Part shown: piece by piece, positions 20,118 to 29,623 of the stretch | Position numbering within the stretch: position 1 is the stretch's first letter | Layout of the letters: each line of letters opens with the position of its first letter | Position numbers and translations under genes: made by a program | Source of the DNA: Candidatus Moanibacter sp. | Lineage (GTDB): Bacteria; Verrucomicrobiota; Verrucomicrobiia; Opitutales; UBA2987 | Assembly: GCA_965215885.1 (NCBI GenBank) | Contig: CBDCEW010000105.1 | Coordinates: forward strand, 32,001 to 96,000 | Direction of reading: 5' to 3' | DNA length: 64,000 nt | Notes under the pieces: generated by a model | What the model was told of the DNA's origin: nothing | The model's database searches: none | Seen by the model: only the letters and a program-made list of their open reading frames with translations

Positions 20118-21233
20118 TTAACGAACACGGAAGCGCTCGATAGCTTCTTCATCTACATCGATGCCGATACCCGGCCGGTCGGGAATGAGGAATTCACCAT
20201 CCTCGATGTCGTAGAGGGTATCCTGCTTCACGAGGGCCAGGCAGTGCTCCCACTGCTCCCAGGGCAATAAGGGCGGACGAACCAGCGCTACCTCCTGGAT
20301 CCAGCAGTTGGGCAGGGTACCTTCGAGCTGAAGGCGGGACGCCAGGGACAACTGGTGCGTCCCGTGAAGCACGCAATCGATCCCGTAGCCCTCGGCCATG
20401 GCGGCGATCTTCCTCGTCGTGAGAAGACCGCCTCAGTTGGCGGGCTCCGGTTGGAGGATATCGTAGGAGCCGTGCTTCAGGTACTTGGCGAACATGCTCA
20501 GCCCCCGGTCGCCTTCGCCGCCGGTGATGGGGATATCCACGGTGGCGCGCAAGCGGGCGTGGTCGAACACGTCGCCCCGGTTTAACGGCTCCTCCAGCCA
20601 GGTCACTTCGAGATCCTCATAGCGCCTCGCCATGATGATCGCTTCGTCCATCGTCCAGACGGTTCCGGAAGAGTTGCCAGTCCGGTCGATCATGATCTGG
20701 AACCGGTCACGCCCACCCACCGCGTCGCGGATTACGTCGACGGCATTGGCGTCCGCTTGAATGGGGCGGCGGAAAGAACGAATCTTGGCCGCCTTGAAAC
20801 CGTGGTCTTGGTAGCGCTTCAGGTCTTCAGCCTGTTGCTCGTATGAGACCTCGGATTGATCGGCCTTTCCGGGCCAGACACAGGTAAGGTAGCAGGGGAT
20901 GCGGTCCCTTACGCGGCCGAAGAGCTTCTTGATGGGCAAGCCCGCCGCCTTGCCTACGATGTCCCAAAGCGCGGTTTCAACCGCCGGACAGCGGACCAGA
21001 CCCTCCTGGAGGAAGCGCTCGATGTCGTGGGGGTCCTCGCCGATCACAATCCGGCGCGCTGATTCCTTCATCCGTTCCAGGGCGCGTGAGCCCGTGGCAA
21101 GAAACTCATAACCGCTGATTCCTTCATCCGTGGTGACCCGAGTCGCCGAAATTTCCGGCCTGGTTCCGCAATTCGCCGCTTTTTCGCTGACCGGGACGCG
21201 GCAGGTGATGCTCTCGATATTGGTGACTTTCAT
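20118..21233 (-). CDS. Mandelate racemase/muconate lactonizing family enzyme (371 aa) with in-frame TGA at 20433-20435 (candidate Sec)
   Basis: ETALWDIVGK, KAAKIR, IMID, WLEEPL, GGEG, then DILQPEPAN-TGA-GGLLTTRKIAAMAE. Both ORF halves are in the same frame. Confidence 0.8.
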
Positions 21234-21524
21234 GTTCCTGCTATGATCATCCTGAGGCAGCCTCCGACCGCAATGAAAACTGGAAGGCAGTAAAAAAAAG
21301 ATGAAACCGCGGATTACGCTGATTGCGCGGATGGCCTGGCGCAGCCAAGCCGCAACCAAAAATGAAGAAGAGAACCGGTCTGCCGTACGGCAGACCACGC
21401 AGATGGACGCGCAAGGAATTCAAAAGGAAACTCCTACTTCCCTTGGATAACCTCGTCGCGTACCTTGTCCCGAACCTTGCCTGCCCCGGCAAAGCGAAGC
21501 GACGACGGGTCGACTGCAATTTAT

Positions 21525-21881
21525 GGGCGAGGCCCAGGTGAGTACCCTTCCCGCCCTCAACGTGGCAGCCTACTCGATGTTGTGGCTGGCCTCCTACCAA
21601 TCCGATCCCAAGCGCCATCAACAAGGCATCTTCGAGCCGGCCAAGTGGCGCACCGATAAACGTTCCATGCAGGGCCCAACCACATCAGACTTACTGCAGC
21701 AACTCAGATACGAGACTTGGGCGGGCAGTCTGCGACCATCGAGTTTCTCCCACTTCGTTGATCCTAAAAGTGGTACCCACAAGTCGGAGAAACTCAGCCC
21801 CCATCTTGCCAGCTCCCTCTTTCAAGCCGCTTAAGAATTAACTCGTAGTTTCTACGTGACTCGAAACGGGCCAAACTCCAG
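21525..21881 (+). pseudogene. Transposase C-terminal remnant (IS701-like) with right end
   Basis: GEAQV...AAYSMLWLA...PAKWR...TSDLLQQLRYETW; ends in CCAAACTCCAG. Flanked by a ~145-bp direct repeat. Confidence 0.55.
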
Positions 21882-22326
21882 CGGTCTGCCGTACGGCAGA
21901 CCACGCAGATGGACGCGAATTCAAAAGGAAACTCCTACTTCCCTTGGATAACCTCGTCGCGTACCTTGTCCCGAACCTTGCCTGCCCCGGCAAAGCGAAG
22001 CGACGACGGGTCGACTGCAATTTATTGAGTACCAACCTCTTCTACGCAAAAACCTGCTAAAGTAACAAGGTTCTGGCGGATTGTAATACAGAGAAGCATC
22101 CCGGCTTGCCGGGACACAGAGAGATGACGGCGACTTCGCATTAACCGTTGCATCGATACCAATAGCTCATAAAAGTGTGATATTGCCTGAAGGGTAGGAA
22201 GTTGGGAAGAGTCGACTCTTCCCAACTTTCTATATCTCCAAATTGCATTCTCGGTGGTGCTCTGTGCTTCTCTGTGGCGCTCTTGGAGAATGTGGATGTT
22301 CAAGATAGAACAATCAGGAAATATAG

Positions 22327-23310
22327 ATGACAAAAGAAATTAAATGGGGCATCCTTGCTCCGGGAAATATCGCCCATCGGTTTGCCAGAGGTTTGAGCGT
22401 TATTCCCGACGCCGAACTGATCGCGTTGGGGTCGCGCTCCAAGGAGCGAGCAGACGCGTTCGCCGATGAATTCGACGTCCCGCGCCGTTACGGCAGCTAC
22501 GAAGACCTGGTGAGCGACCCCGATGTGGATGCCATCTACGTCGCAACGCTTAACACCTTTCACAAGGATTGCGTTAATCTCTGCCTGCGAGCGGGAAAAG
22601 CCGTACTCTGCGAAAAGCCTTTCGCCATTAACGCCTCAGAGGCGAGGGCGATGATCGCCTGTGCAAAGGAGTGCAACCAGTTCCTTATGGAAGCCATGTG
22701 GACGCGTTTTCTCCCCGTCATGGTGAAGGTGCGGGAGTTGCTGGCTGATGGGGCTATCGGCGAACCGCGGATGTTGACGGCTGACTTCGGTTATCGCAAA
22801 GAGGTGAATCCGGAGAGCAGAATATTCAATCCGGATTTGGGCGGCGGTGGACTCCTGGACGTGGGAATTTACACGATAGCGATGGCCTTCATGGTGTTCG
22901 GCGGGGCGCCGTCCAAAATAACCAGCCTGGCCAATATCGATGAATCCGATGTGGATGAACAGGTGGCCATGCTGCTCGGTTACGATACGGGACAGATGGC
23001 CCTGCTTTCATGCGCAACCAGAACCAGAACGACGCACGAAGCGCGCATCATGGGAACCGACGGCTCCATATTCATCCCCAGTTTCTGGCAGGCGACCTCC
23101 GCGACGCTTCACGCTGCTGGGAAGGAGGCCGAGCAAATTGAAATGCCCTTCGAAGGCGGTGGATTTGAATACCAGGCCATGGAGGTCATGCGCTGCTTGC
23201 GTGAAGGCAAGCTGGAAAGCGATGTTCTGCCGCTATCGGAATCACTATCTATGATGGAAACCTTGGATTCGCTGCGAGCCCAATGGGGGTTGAAGTACCC
23301 CATGGAATAA
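22327..23310 (+). CDS. Gfo/Idh/MocA family oxidoreductase
   Basis: WGILAPGNIA, VLCEKP, MEAMWTRF, GGGLLDVGIY. Confidence 0.93.
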   Translation: MTKEIKWGILAPGNIAHRFARGLSVIPDAELIALGSRSKERADAFADEFDVPRRYGSYEDLVSDPDVDAIYVATLNTFHKDCVNLCLRAGKAVLCEKPFAINASEARAMIACAKECNQFLMEAMWTRFLPVMVKVRELLADGAIGEPRMLTADFGYRKEVNPESRIFNPDLGGGGLLDVGIYTIAMAFMVFGGAPSKITSLANIDESDVDEQVAMLLGYDTGQMALLSCATRTRTTHEARIMGTDGSIFIPSFWQATSATLHAAGKEAEQIEMPFEGGGFEYQAMEVMRCLREGKLESDVLPLSESLSMMETLDSLRAQWGLKYPME

Positions 23311-23332
23311 CCTAAAAGTCTGAGGCAGAAAA

Positions 23333-24196
23333 ATGGAAAAACAAGAAAGCCTGAAGCGTCTCCTGGCAGAAACGGCTCCCGTATTTCGTTTCGATACACC
23401 TTCCGAAGAAGACATCTCGAACTTTCACCGGGATGGATTTATCGCTTATCCGGACGTCTTTACCGATGAGGCCCGGGCGGGATTGACCGATGAAATCCTG
23501 AACCTCGATCCCGTCCGCATATTTCTCGATCGGTTGCGTAAAGATCCGGCGAGTCTGGATGCGCCCCACTACTTTGTGAGACCCTGGAATGAGCGAGGCT
23601 ATTGGTCAGACCGGCTAATTGACGCGCCCCTGGTCACCGCACTGTTAAGAAGAACCATCGGTTCTGAGTATCATTTCTGCCACTCGGCGCTGAAGCTGAC
23701 GGGCCGCGGTTCGGCTCCGGTCGGCCCGCACCAGGACCATCACCACTGGCGTCACGAAAAACCCGTCAACCTGGCGGAGAGGGACAAGTACTACATTCAA
23801 ATTCTCTATTATCCCAATGGGTTCAACGAAGGAGACAACCACCTGTTTGTCATTCCAGGCAGCCACCGTGTCGCGCCGCTTAAAGAAGCCACCCCCGACC
23901 GGCTCCTGTCGGGAGCCTACGATGAAGAAGCAGGGTGCGAACTGCAGGAAAAACATCTGGAAATGCCACCGGGAAGCATGGTCTACATCAACGCAAGGAT
24001 GTTTCACGGGGTGGGCGCCAAGCCACCGGATTCACTCCAGGAATATCGCATCTTTAATATCGACATTTTCAAAGAAGCAGGACCTCCGCACCGCTATACA
24101 CAGGAGATCCCGTCCGAATGGCTCGCTTCTGCGACACCGGGCCGGATAAAAATGTTTGCAAGAGATCCCTACACGCCGGATTGCTGGACATCGTAA
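23333..24196 (+). CDS. Phytanoyl-CoA dioxygenase (PhyH) family protein
   Basis: DGF, HQD, IPGSH, MFHG. Confidence 0.88.
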   Translation: MEKQESLKRLLAETAPVFRFDTPSEEDISNFHRDGFIAYPDVFTDEARAGLTDEILNLDPVRIFLDRLRKDPASLDAPHYFVRPWNERGYWSDRLIDAPLVTALLRRTIGSEYHFCHSALKLTGRGSAPVGPHQDHHHWRHEKPVNLAERDKYYIQILYYPNGFNEGDNHLFVIPGSHRVAPLKEATPDRLLSGAYDEEAGCELQEKHLEMPPGSMVYINARMFHGVGAKPPDSLQEYRIFNIDIFKEAGPPHRYTQEIPSEWLASATPGRIKMFARDPYTPDCWTS

Positions 24197-24323
24197 AGCC
24201 GCGAAGCGATGACAGGGAAATGATTTTCCAACAACGTTCTGACCGCGTCGAAAAACCTGAAACGGTCCGGACGGGAATCGTCGGTGCGCGAAATCAAAGT
24301 GGCTTCTCACGGAGGGACTACTC

Positions 24324-25061
24324 ATGCCAAATCAAGGCCAGCCCCGGCTCACTCGTCTTCAACATCTGAACAGATTCGGTTACTATACTGATGCGAACAT
24401 CTTCTCAGAAGATCATCTGGGACGATTACGCGAAGCGATGGACCGGTTGGAGAAGGAGGGTGAGGCGGAATATCGAAAGCCCCATCAGGATTACTATCCC
24501 AACGTCATCGAGGTCGACGATGCGTTTGCCGAGATTCTTGACAATGAAACCGTGCTGAACGGGATGCTCGATGTCATCGGGCCCGATCTACAGCTGTATG
24601 CCAATGAGGTTCTGGTCTCGAAGCCAACGGGCGCGGCCCAACCCTGGCACCGGGATAAGATGAGTATCGGCCGGCATTGCCCCAACATGTTCATGAAGGT
24701 CTGTATCTACATTGATGAGGTGCCAATCGATGGAGGTCCCACGGGTGTGGTGCCTGAGAGTCATCTGGATGCATACAAAGGTCCGGAATTCTTCCCACAC
24801 AAAATAGACTTTCTGGCCAAGCCCGGCTCCCTGCTGGCATTCGGTGCAAACACGATGCATCGGGCCGGGCTGCACGCCGTGGATCGCCCGAACCGACCGG
24901 CCATATTCTTTGTCTTCGTCCCGTGGTGGATCAAACAGGCGACATACTACACCGGTAACCAGTGCCAACGCCTGATCGATAGCGCCGATCCCATGCGATT
25001 ACAGCTCCTCGGAATCAAACTGCGCGACAGCATAAACATGGATCTCTTCGATTCTGATTGA
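24324..25061 (+). CDS. PhyH family protein
   Basis: WHRD, GPTGVVPESH, TMHRA. Confidence 0.88.
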   Translation: MPNQGQPRLTRLQHLNRFGYYTDANIFSEDHLGRLREAMDRLEKEGEAEYRKPHQDYYPNVIEVDDAFAEILDNETVLNGMLDVIGPDLQLYANEVLVSKPTGAAQPWHRDKMSIGRHCPNMFMKVCIYIDEVPIDGGPTGVVPESHLDAYKGPEFFPHKIDFLAKPGSLLAFGANTMHRAGLHAVDRPNRPAIFFVFVPWWIKQATYYTGNQCQRLIDSADPMRLQLLGIKLRDSINMDLFDSD

Positions 25062-25429
25062 TACGCGGATGAGAGGGTCGCGGCATGACTTTAGCCTGTC
25101 GGACTTAGAATGGAAAGATGAGAACGTCGGCGCAACCAGCCGCCAAAACATGCGAACCCTGTCATTGCGAGGAAGAATTACGAAGCAATCCAGGTTTTTG
25201 CACCTTCACAACCGTGGATTGCCACGCTGCGCTCGCTTCTCGAATCCGTGGAGTTACTATTGATCTCTTATTTCTCTTCGTTTTCTCTGTTGCCTTCTGT
25301 TAAATCTCTTCTCGACGGAAGCAAGTACCAATTTGGTTGCGGCTATGCTGCGCTAGGCTTCTCTGTGGCTCTGCCGTACAGCAGAGTGTCCCTCTTCTCT
25401 CTCAACGAGTTCTAATTTACCGGGCACCA

Positions 25430-26371
25430 ATGATTGACCTGCACGACCGATTAATTCCGCTGGGGCGTATCCTGAATCTGAAGCGGGATGGCTGGACCGT
25501 CTGGGACTGTTCACCGATCTACGGAGAGGACGGGCGCGTCCATGTCTTCGCGACGCGTTGGCCGGACAGTGACCAACCGGACAGAACCTGGTTCCTCGGT
25601 GGGAGCCAGATCTTTCATGCGGTGGCAGCGGTGCCGGAAGGGCCCTATGAGGTAGCGAACGTCGTCATCTCGTGCGATGGAGGCGACGCACACTGGAACT
25701 CGTCCGGGGTCATCAATCCCAAAATCTATCGTATCGCAGACCGATATTGTCTGATCTACGCGGGTTGTACGGCACAGCGCATGGACACTCAGGCGGTCGG
25801 CATGATGACTGCACCCTCCCTCGACGGGCCCTGGACGCAGGTGAGCGACCGCGCGCCGATAGTTGACCAACCCGGTATCTGCAACAACCCTGCTTTGCTC
25901 CTGCACCCGAATGGGCAATTTTGGATCTACTACAAAAGCGGTTTCAAAGGCGTCCCAGGTATGAATTTCGGACTGGCCATCGCCGACCGCCTCGAAGGTC
26001 CCTACCGCAAACACACCTCCAACCCATTAATCGATCCGGAGTTGGTCAAAAAGCATCGCAAACTCGAAGACCCATCTGTCTGGCACGACGAAGAGGGATT
26101 CTGGCTGCTTTGCAACAAAGTCGGGACCGGGGACGGACCTGCAGGATTACTTTTTCACTCAGCGGATGGAGTGGTTTGGAAACCACCTGTTGCGGGCTAC
26201 CCAAACCCGGCGGATTTTCGCGGCTACCGGCAACGCCTTGAAGAGCCTAACCTGTTGTTTCGAGACGGCAAACCGACCCATCTGTTCAACATCATGGGCG
26301 CCTGTCCGGAGGATCCAGTTTACAGCGGGTTTGTTTTCGCCATCGAACAACAGAATACAGGACATTCATAA
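25430..26371 (+). CDS. Five-bladed beta-propeller glycoside hydrolase (GH43/GH117-like)
   Basis: WDCSPI, NPKI, NNPAL, GLAIA..LEGPY, LEDPSVW, LEEPNL. ATG 25430 preferred as start. Confidence 0.75.
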   Translation: MIDLHDRLIPLGRILNLKRDGWTVWDCSPIYGEDGRVHVFATRWPDSDQPDRTWFLGGSQIFHAVAAVPEGPYEVANVVISCDGGDAHWNSSGVINPKIYRIADRYCLIYAGCTAQRMDTQAVGMMTAPSLDGPWTQVSDRAPIVDQPGICNNPALLLHPNGQFWIYYKSGFKGVPGMNFGLAIADRLEGPYRKHTSNPLIDPELVKKHRKLEDPSVWHDEEGFWLLCNKVGTGDGPAGLLFHSADGVVWKPPVAGYPNPADFRGYRQRLEEPNLLFRDGKPTHLFNIMGACPEDPVYSGFVFAIEQQNTGHS

Positions 26372-26659
26372 TCGAGCCGGGATCCTTCGCTTCTTCTCAA
26401 TTGCAGGGACACACAGACGCCTTCACTACTAGCCCGGACGTTTCACAAACCTTCTACTGCGACGACGGATCTCACCGCGTGTCAATGCCTTACCTTGCCC
26501 GGCGACCTCAGAGGGTTTCAACACACTGTCGCCCGCCGTGCTTCGAAAAGGCATTGACCCGCAACGATCTACGCCGTCTCGCTACGAAGTGTGTGAAACA
26601 TCCGGACTAAGCAGGAAAAATGACTTGCCAATCCCCACATTTACCGTAAATATGGGGAT

Positions 26660-27820
26660 GTGTACTGCAGAAAATTTGACCCTCCTCATACTGCGTATTT
26701 CCTGTTCGGCCCGCGGGGAACAGGCAAGAGCACCTGGGTCCGCAGTCATTATCCGAATGCTCATTGCATCGACCTGTTACCCACAAGCGCGGCGCTCAGT
26801 TATCAGCGAAATCCGGACCAAATCATCCAGGAGACGCTTGCCCTGAAGAAAGACCGATGGGTGGTAATTGACGAGATACAGCGGGTTCCGGAGATCCTTG
26901 ATGATGTTCACGCGTTGATAGAAAACCATGGGTACAAGCGATTTGTATTGACCGGGTCATCGGCCAGGAAGCTTAAGCGCGGAGCGTCAAATCTGCTTGC
27001 CGGGCGAGCGGTTACACGGCGGCTCTATCCCCTGAATGGGGTCGAAGTTGATTTTTCAATACCTCCGGATGAAACCATGCAGTTTGGCAACTTGCCCGGC
27101 AGGATCAACCTTGAGGGACAGGAACAGTACGAAGACTTTTTGACCGCATACGTCGATAACTACATTGCGGAAGAGATAAAAAGCGAAGGCCTGGTGCGGA
27201 ACATCGGCAGCTTTGCCCGTTTTCTCGACGTGGCGGCGCTGGCCGCGGGGACGCAAATCAATATGACCGGATTGGCCCGCGATTCTGGAATTAGCCGGGA
27301 CACGGTGCGAGGGTATTTTTCGGTTTTCGAGGACACGCTGTTGGGTTCGTGGCTTCAGGCCTACCGCCCGAGGGCAAAAGTAAAAGAAGCGGTCAGCCCG
27401 AAATTCTACTGGTTCGATTCGGGCGTTCTCAACGCAGCGGCCGGCGCGTTCCGGCAGCCCATGCCTGGAGATTGGCAAGGTGCACTGTTTGAACATTGGG
27501 TCCATCACGAGATCAGGTCTTATCTCGATTATTCGCGCTCCCGAGGTAGTTTGGGATTTTGGCGCACCCCAAGCGGCACCGAGATTGACTTTGTGTGGTG
27601 GTACGGCGATGAAATCGTGCCGATCGAAGTAAAAGCATCAAAGGAAGTCCGCTCGTCTGTCTTAAAAAGCATCCGCTCATTGTCGGAACAGAAATCGATA
27701 AGGGCCAGCTACGTCGTCTACCTGGGCGAGAAGGAGCTGCGCTTTGGAGACACCTGGGCCCTCCCAGCGATAAGCTTTCTGAAGAAACTGCATACCGGCG
27801 AAATCCTTGGAAGAGCCTGA
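26660..27820 (+). CDS. AAA_14 ATPase with DUF4143 C-terminus
   Basis: GPRGTGKS, IDEIQR, TGSSARKL, LAGRA, PKFYWFDSG, EIDF..IEVK. Confidence 0.9.
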   Translation: MYCRKFDPPHTAYFLFGPRGTGKSTWVRSHYPNAHCIDLLPTSAALSYQRNPDQIIQETLALKKDRWVVIDEIQRVPEILDDVHALIENHGYKRFVLTGSSARKLKRGASNLLAGRAVTRRLYPLNGVEVDFSIPPDETMQFGNLPGRINLEGQEQYEDFLTAYVDNYIAEEIKSEGLVRNIGSFARFLDVAALAAGTQINMTGLARDSGISRDTVRGYFSVFEDTLLGSWLQAYRPRAKVKEAVSPKFYWFDSGVLNAAAGAFRQPMPGDWQGALFEHWVHHEIRSYLDYSRSRGSLGFWRTPSGTEIDFVWWYGDEIVPIEVKASKEVRSSVLKSIRSLSEQKSIRASYVVYLGEKELRFGDTWALPAISFLKKLHTGEILGRA

Positions 27821-27868
27821 CATGGCGGCGCCGTCCGGCAATTGCGGTCCCGCGCCCGGTTCGCCCCA

Positions 27869-29296
27869 TCAGCGAGACTTCCGAGGCGGAGACGCCGCAT
27901 TGTACAGCGCCCCTCTGCGGCCGCGATTCGCGGCTCCACGGTAGCGCCTTCCGCCGCGGAACGGGGGTGAGTTTCCCCGGGAGTGTCCGCCATGCGTCCT
28001 TCCGCCACCGCGCATGGACGGTTTCCGAGGGGGCTGGCGGGAGTGAAAGGCCTCATCGCAATGGTATTCGTGTTCCAAATCGGTGGGGACCGGCTCGCCA
28101 AGGAGGCGCTCGATGTCCCGCAGGTTAGCCCGTTCGCCCGCGCTGCAGAAGGAGATGGCGTCTCCTTTTTCCCCCGCCCGTGCGGTGCGCCCGATGCGGT
28201 GCACGTAGGTTTCTGCTTCCAGGGGCAGGTCGTAGTTGATCACATGTGTGATATCATCCACATCCAGTCCGCGTGCTGCGACATCAGTCGCCACGAGCAC
28301 CCGGAAACGGCCGCGTTTGAATCCATCCAGCGCCCGCGTGCGGGCGGCTTGGCTCTTGTTCCCGTGGATGGCGGTGCCGTGGATGCCGGCCGCGTGCAAT
28401 TTCTTCGCCACCCGGTTTGCGGCATGTTTCATCTGCGTGAAAATAAGGGCCTTACTGATCCGCTTGTCGCTCAAGAGCGAGACCAGCAGATCATCTTTGG
28501 ATTTTTTCCCTACAAAAAGAACTTTTTGAGCGATCAGTTCTACCGCCGGTTGGTCGGGTGAAATCGTAATCTGCACCGGATTGAGGACCATGGATTTGGC
28601 CAGCGCTACCATCTTCGGAGGAATGGTGGCGGAAAAGAACAACGTTTGACGTTCCTCCGGCACCTTGGACAGCACCTTCTTGATATCCGGAATGAATCCC
28701 ATATCGAGCATTCGGTCTACCTCGTCGAGGATGAAAACATCCACTTCTTCCAAGTGGACGTGTCCCTGCTCCATGAGATCGAGTAATCGGCCGGGTGTGG
28801 CCACGAGGATGTCGACCCCGCGGTTGAGGGCCTTGACTTGGGCGTGCTGGCCGACCCCTCCGTGCACCAGGGTATGGCTCACACGTACGAAACGGCCATA
28901 GGTGCGGATGCTGGCGCCAATCTGTGCCGCCAGTTCTCGCGTGGGAGCAAGTATTAGAGCCCTCGGCGCTGACCGCCGGGGTCGGCGGGTTTCTTCGGAA
29001 AGTCGCTGCAACAGAGGTAGGGTAAAAGCCGCTGTCTTTCCTGTCCCTGTCTGGGCCGTTCCCATCACGTCCCGACCATTCAGCACGTGCGGAATACATT
29101 CCTCCTGAATGGGTGTCGGGGTATCGTACCCTTCACCCGCGACTGCCCGTTGGATATCCGGGATCAACGCACTGAACGCGCCCTGAGATACCGGATGTTG
29201 ACCTCTACGAACGCCACGGGCATTACACTCCCGAACGTTCCTCGAGTTTATATATGTTCTCATCTTCATTATTTTCCTGGTCCGGGGTTTGCACAT
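27869..29296 (-). CDS. DEAD-box RNA helicase (RhlE-like); start uncertain
   Basis: PTPIQ, AQTGTGKT, PTRELA, TPGRL, DEVD, SAT, ARGLD, HRIGRTAR. Confidence 0.93.
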   Translation of the reverse strand: MCKPRTRKIMKMRTYINSRNVRECNARGVRRGQHPVSQGAFSALIPDIQRAVAGEGYDTPTPIQEECIPHVLNGRDVMGTAQTGTGKTAAFTLPLLQRLSEETRRPRRSAPRALILAPTRELAAQIGASIRTYGRFVRVSHTLVHGGVGQHAQVKALNRGVDILVATPGRLLDLMEQGHVHLEEVDVFILDEVDRMLDMGFIPDIKKVLSKVPEERQTLFFSATIPPKMVALAKSMVLNPVQITISPDQPAVELIAQKVLFVGKKSKDDLLVSLLSDKRISKALIFTQMKHAANRVAKKLHAAGIHGTAIHGNKSQAARTRALDGFKRGRFRVLVATDVAARGLDVDDITHVINYDLPLEAETYVHRIGRTARAGEKGDAISFCSAGERANLRDIERLLGEPVPTDLEHEYHCDEAFHSRQPPRKPSMRGGGRTHGGHSRGNSPPFRGGRRYRGAANRGRRGALYNAASPPRKSR

Positions 29297-29623
29297 CTCT
29301 ACCCGCCGGACACGTGGAAAAGAAAGCGCCGCGATTCTCGCGACTAAATGTTGCCCCGGGTAAAACAGCCGGGATGCGCAACTTGAACAGCTATTATAGT
29401 ATTATAAAACCTCTTATGCGGTGGGGGCACACGCCCATATCGCCGATGCTGGAGAGCATGTTCGGGGCGGAGGACATAGCGAACCGAACCGAATAGCAAG
29501 CACAATTATTATCTCGCTCTTTGCCTTGAAGGGTAAAAGGATTCTGAGACGCAACTAGCTGATAAGCAAAAAGATAAAAAAAGAGCTAGACAATCCCGAA
29601 GAAATCAGTCATGTTAAGATGGT

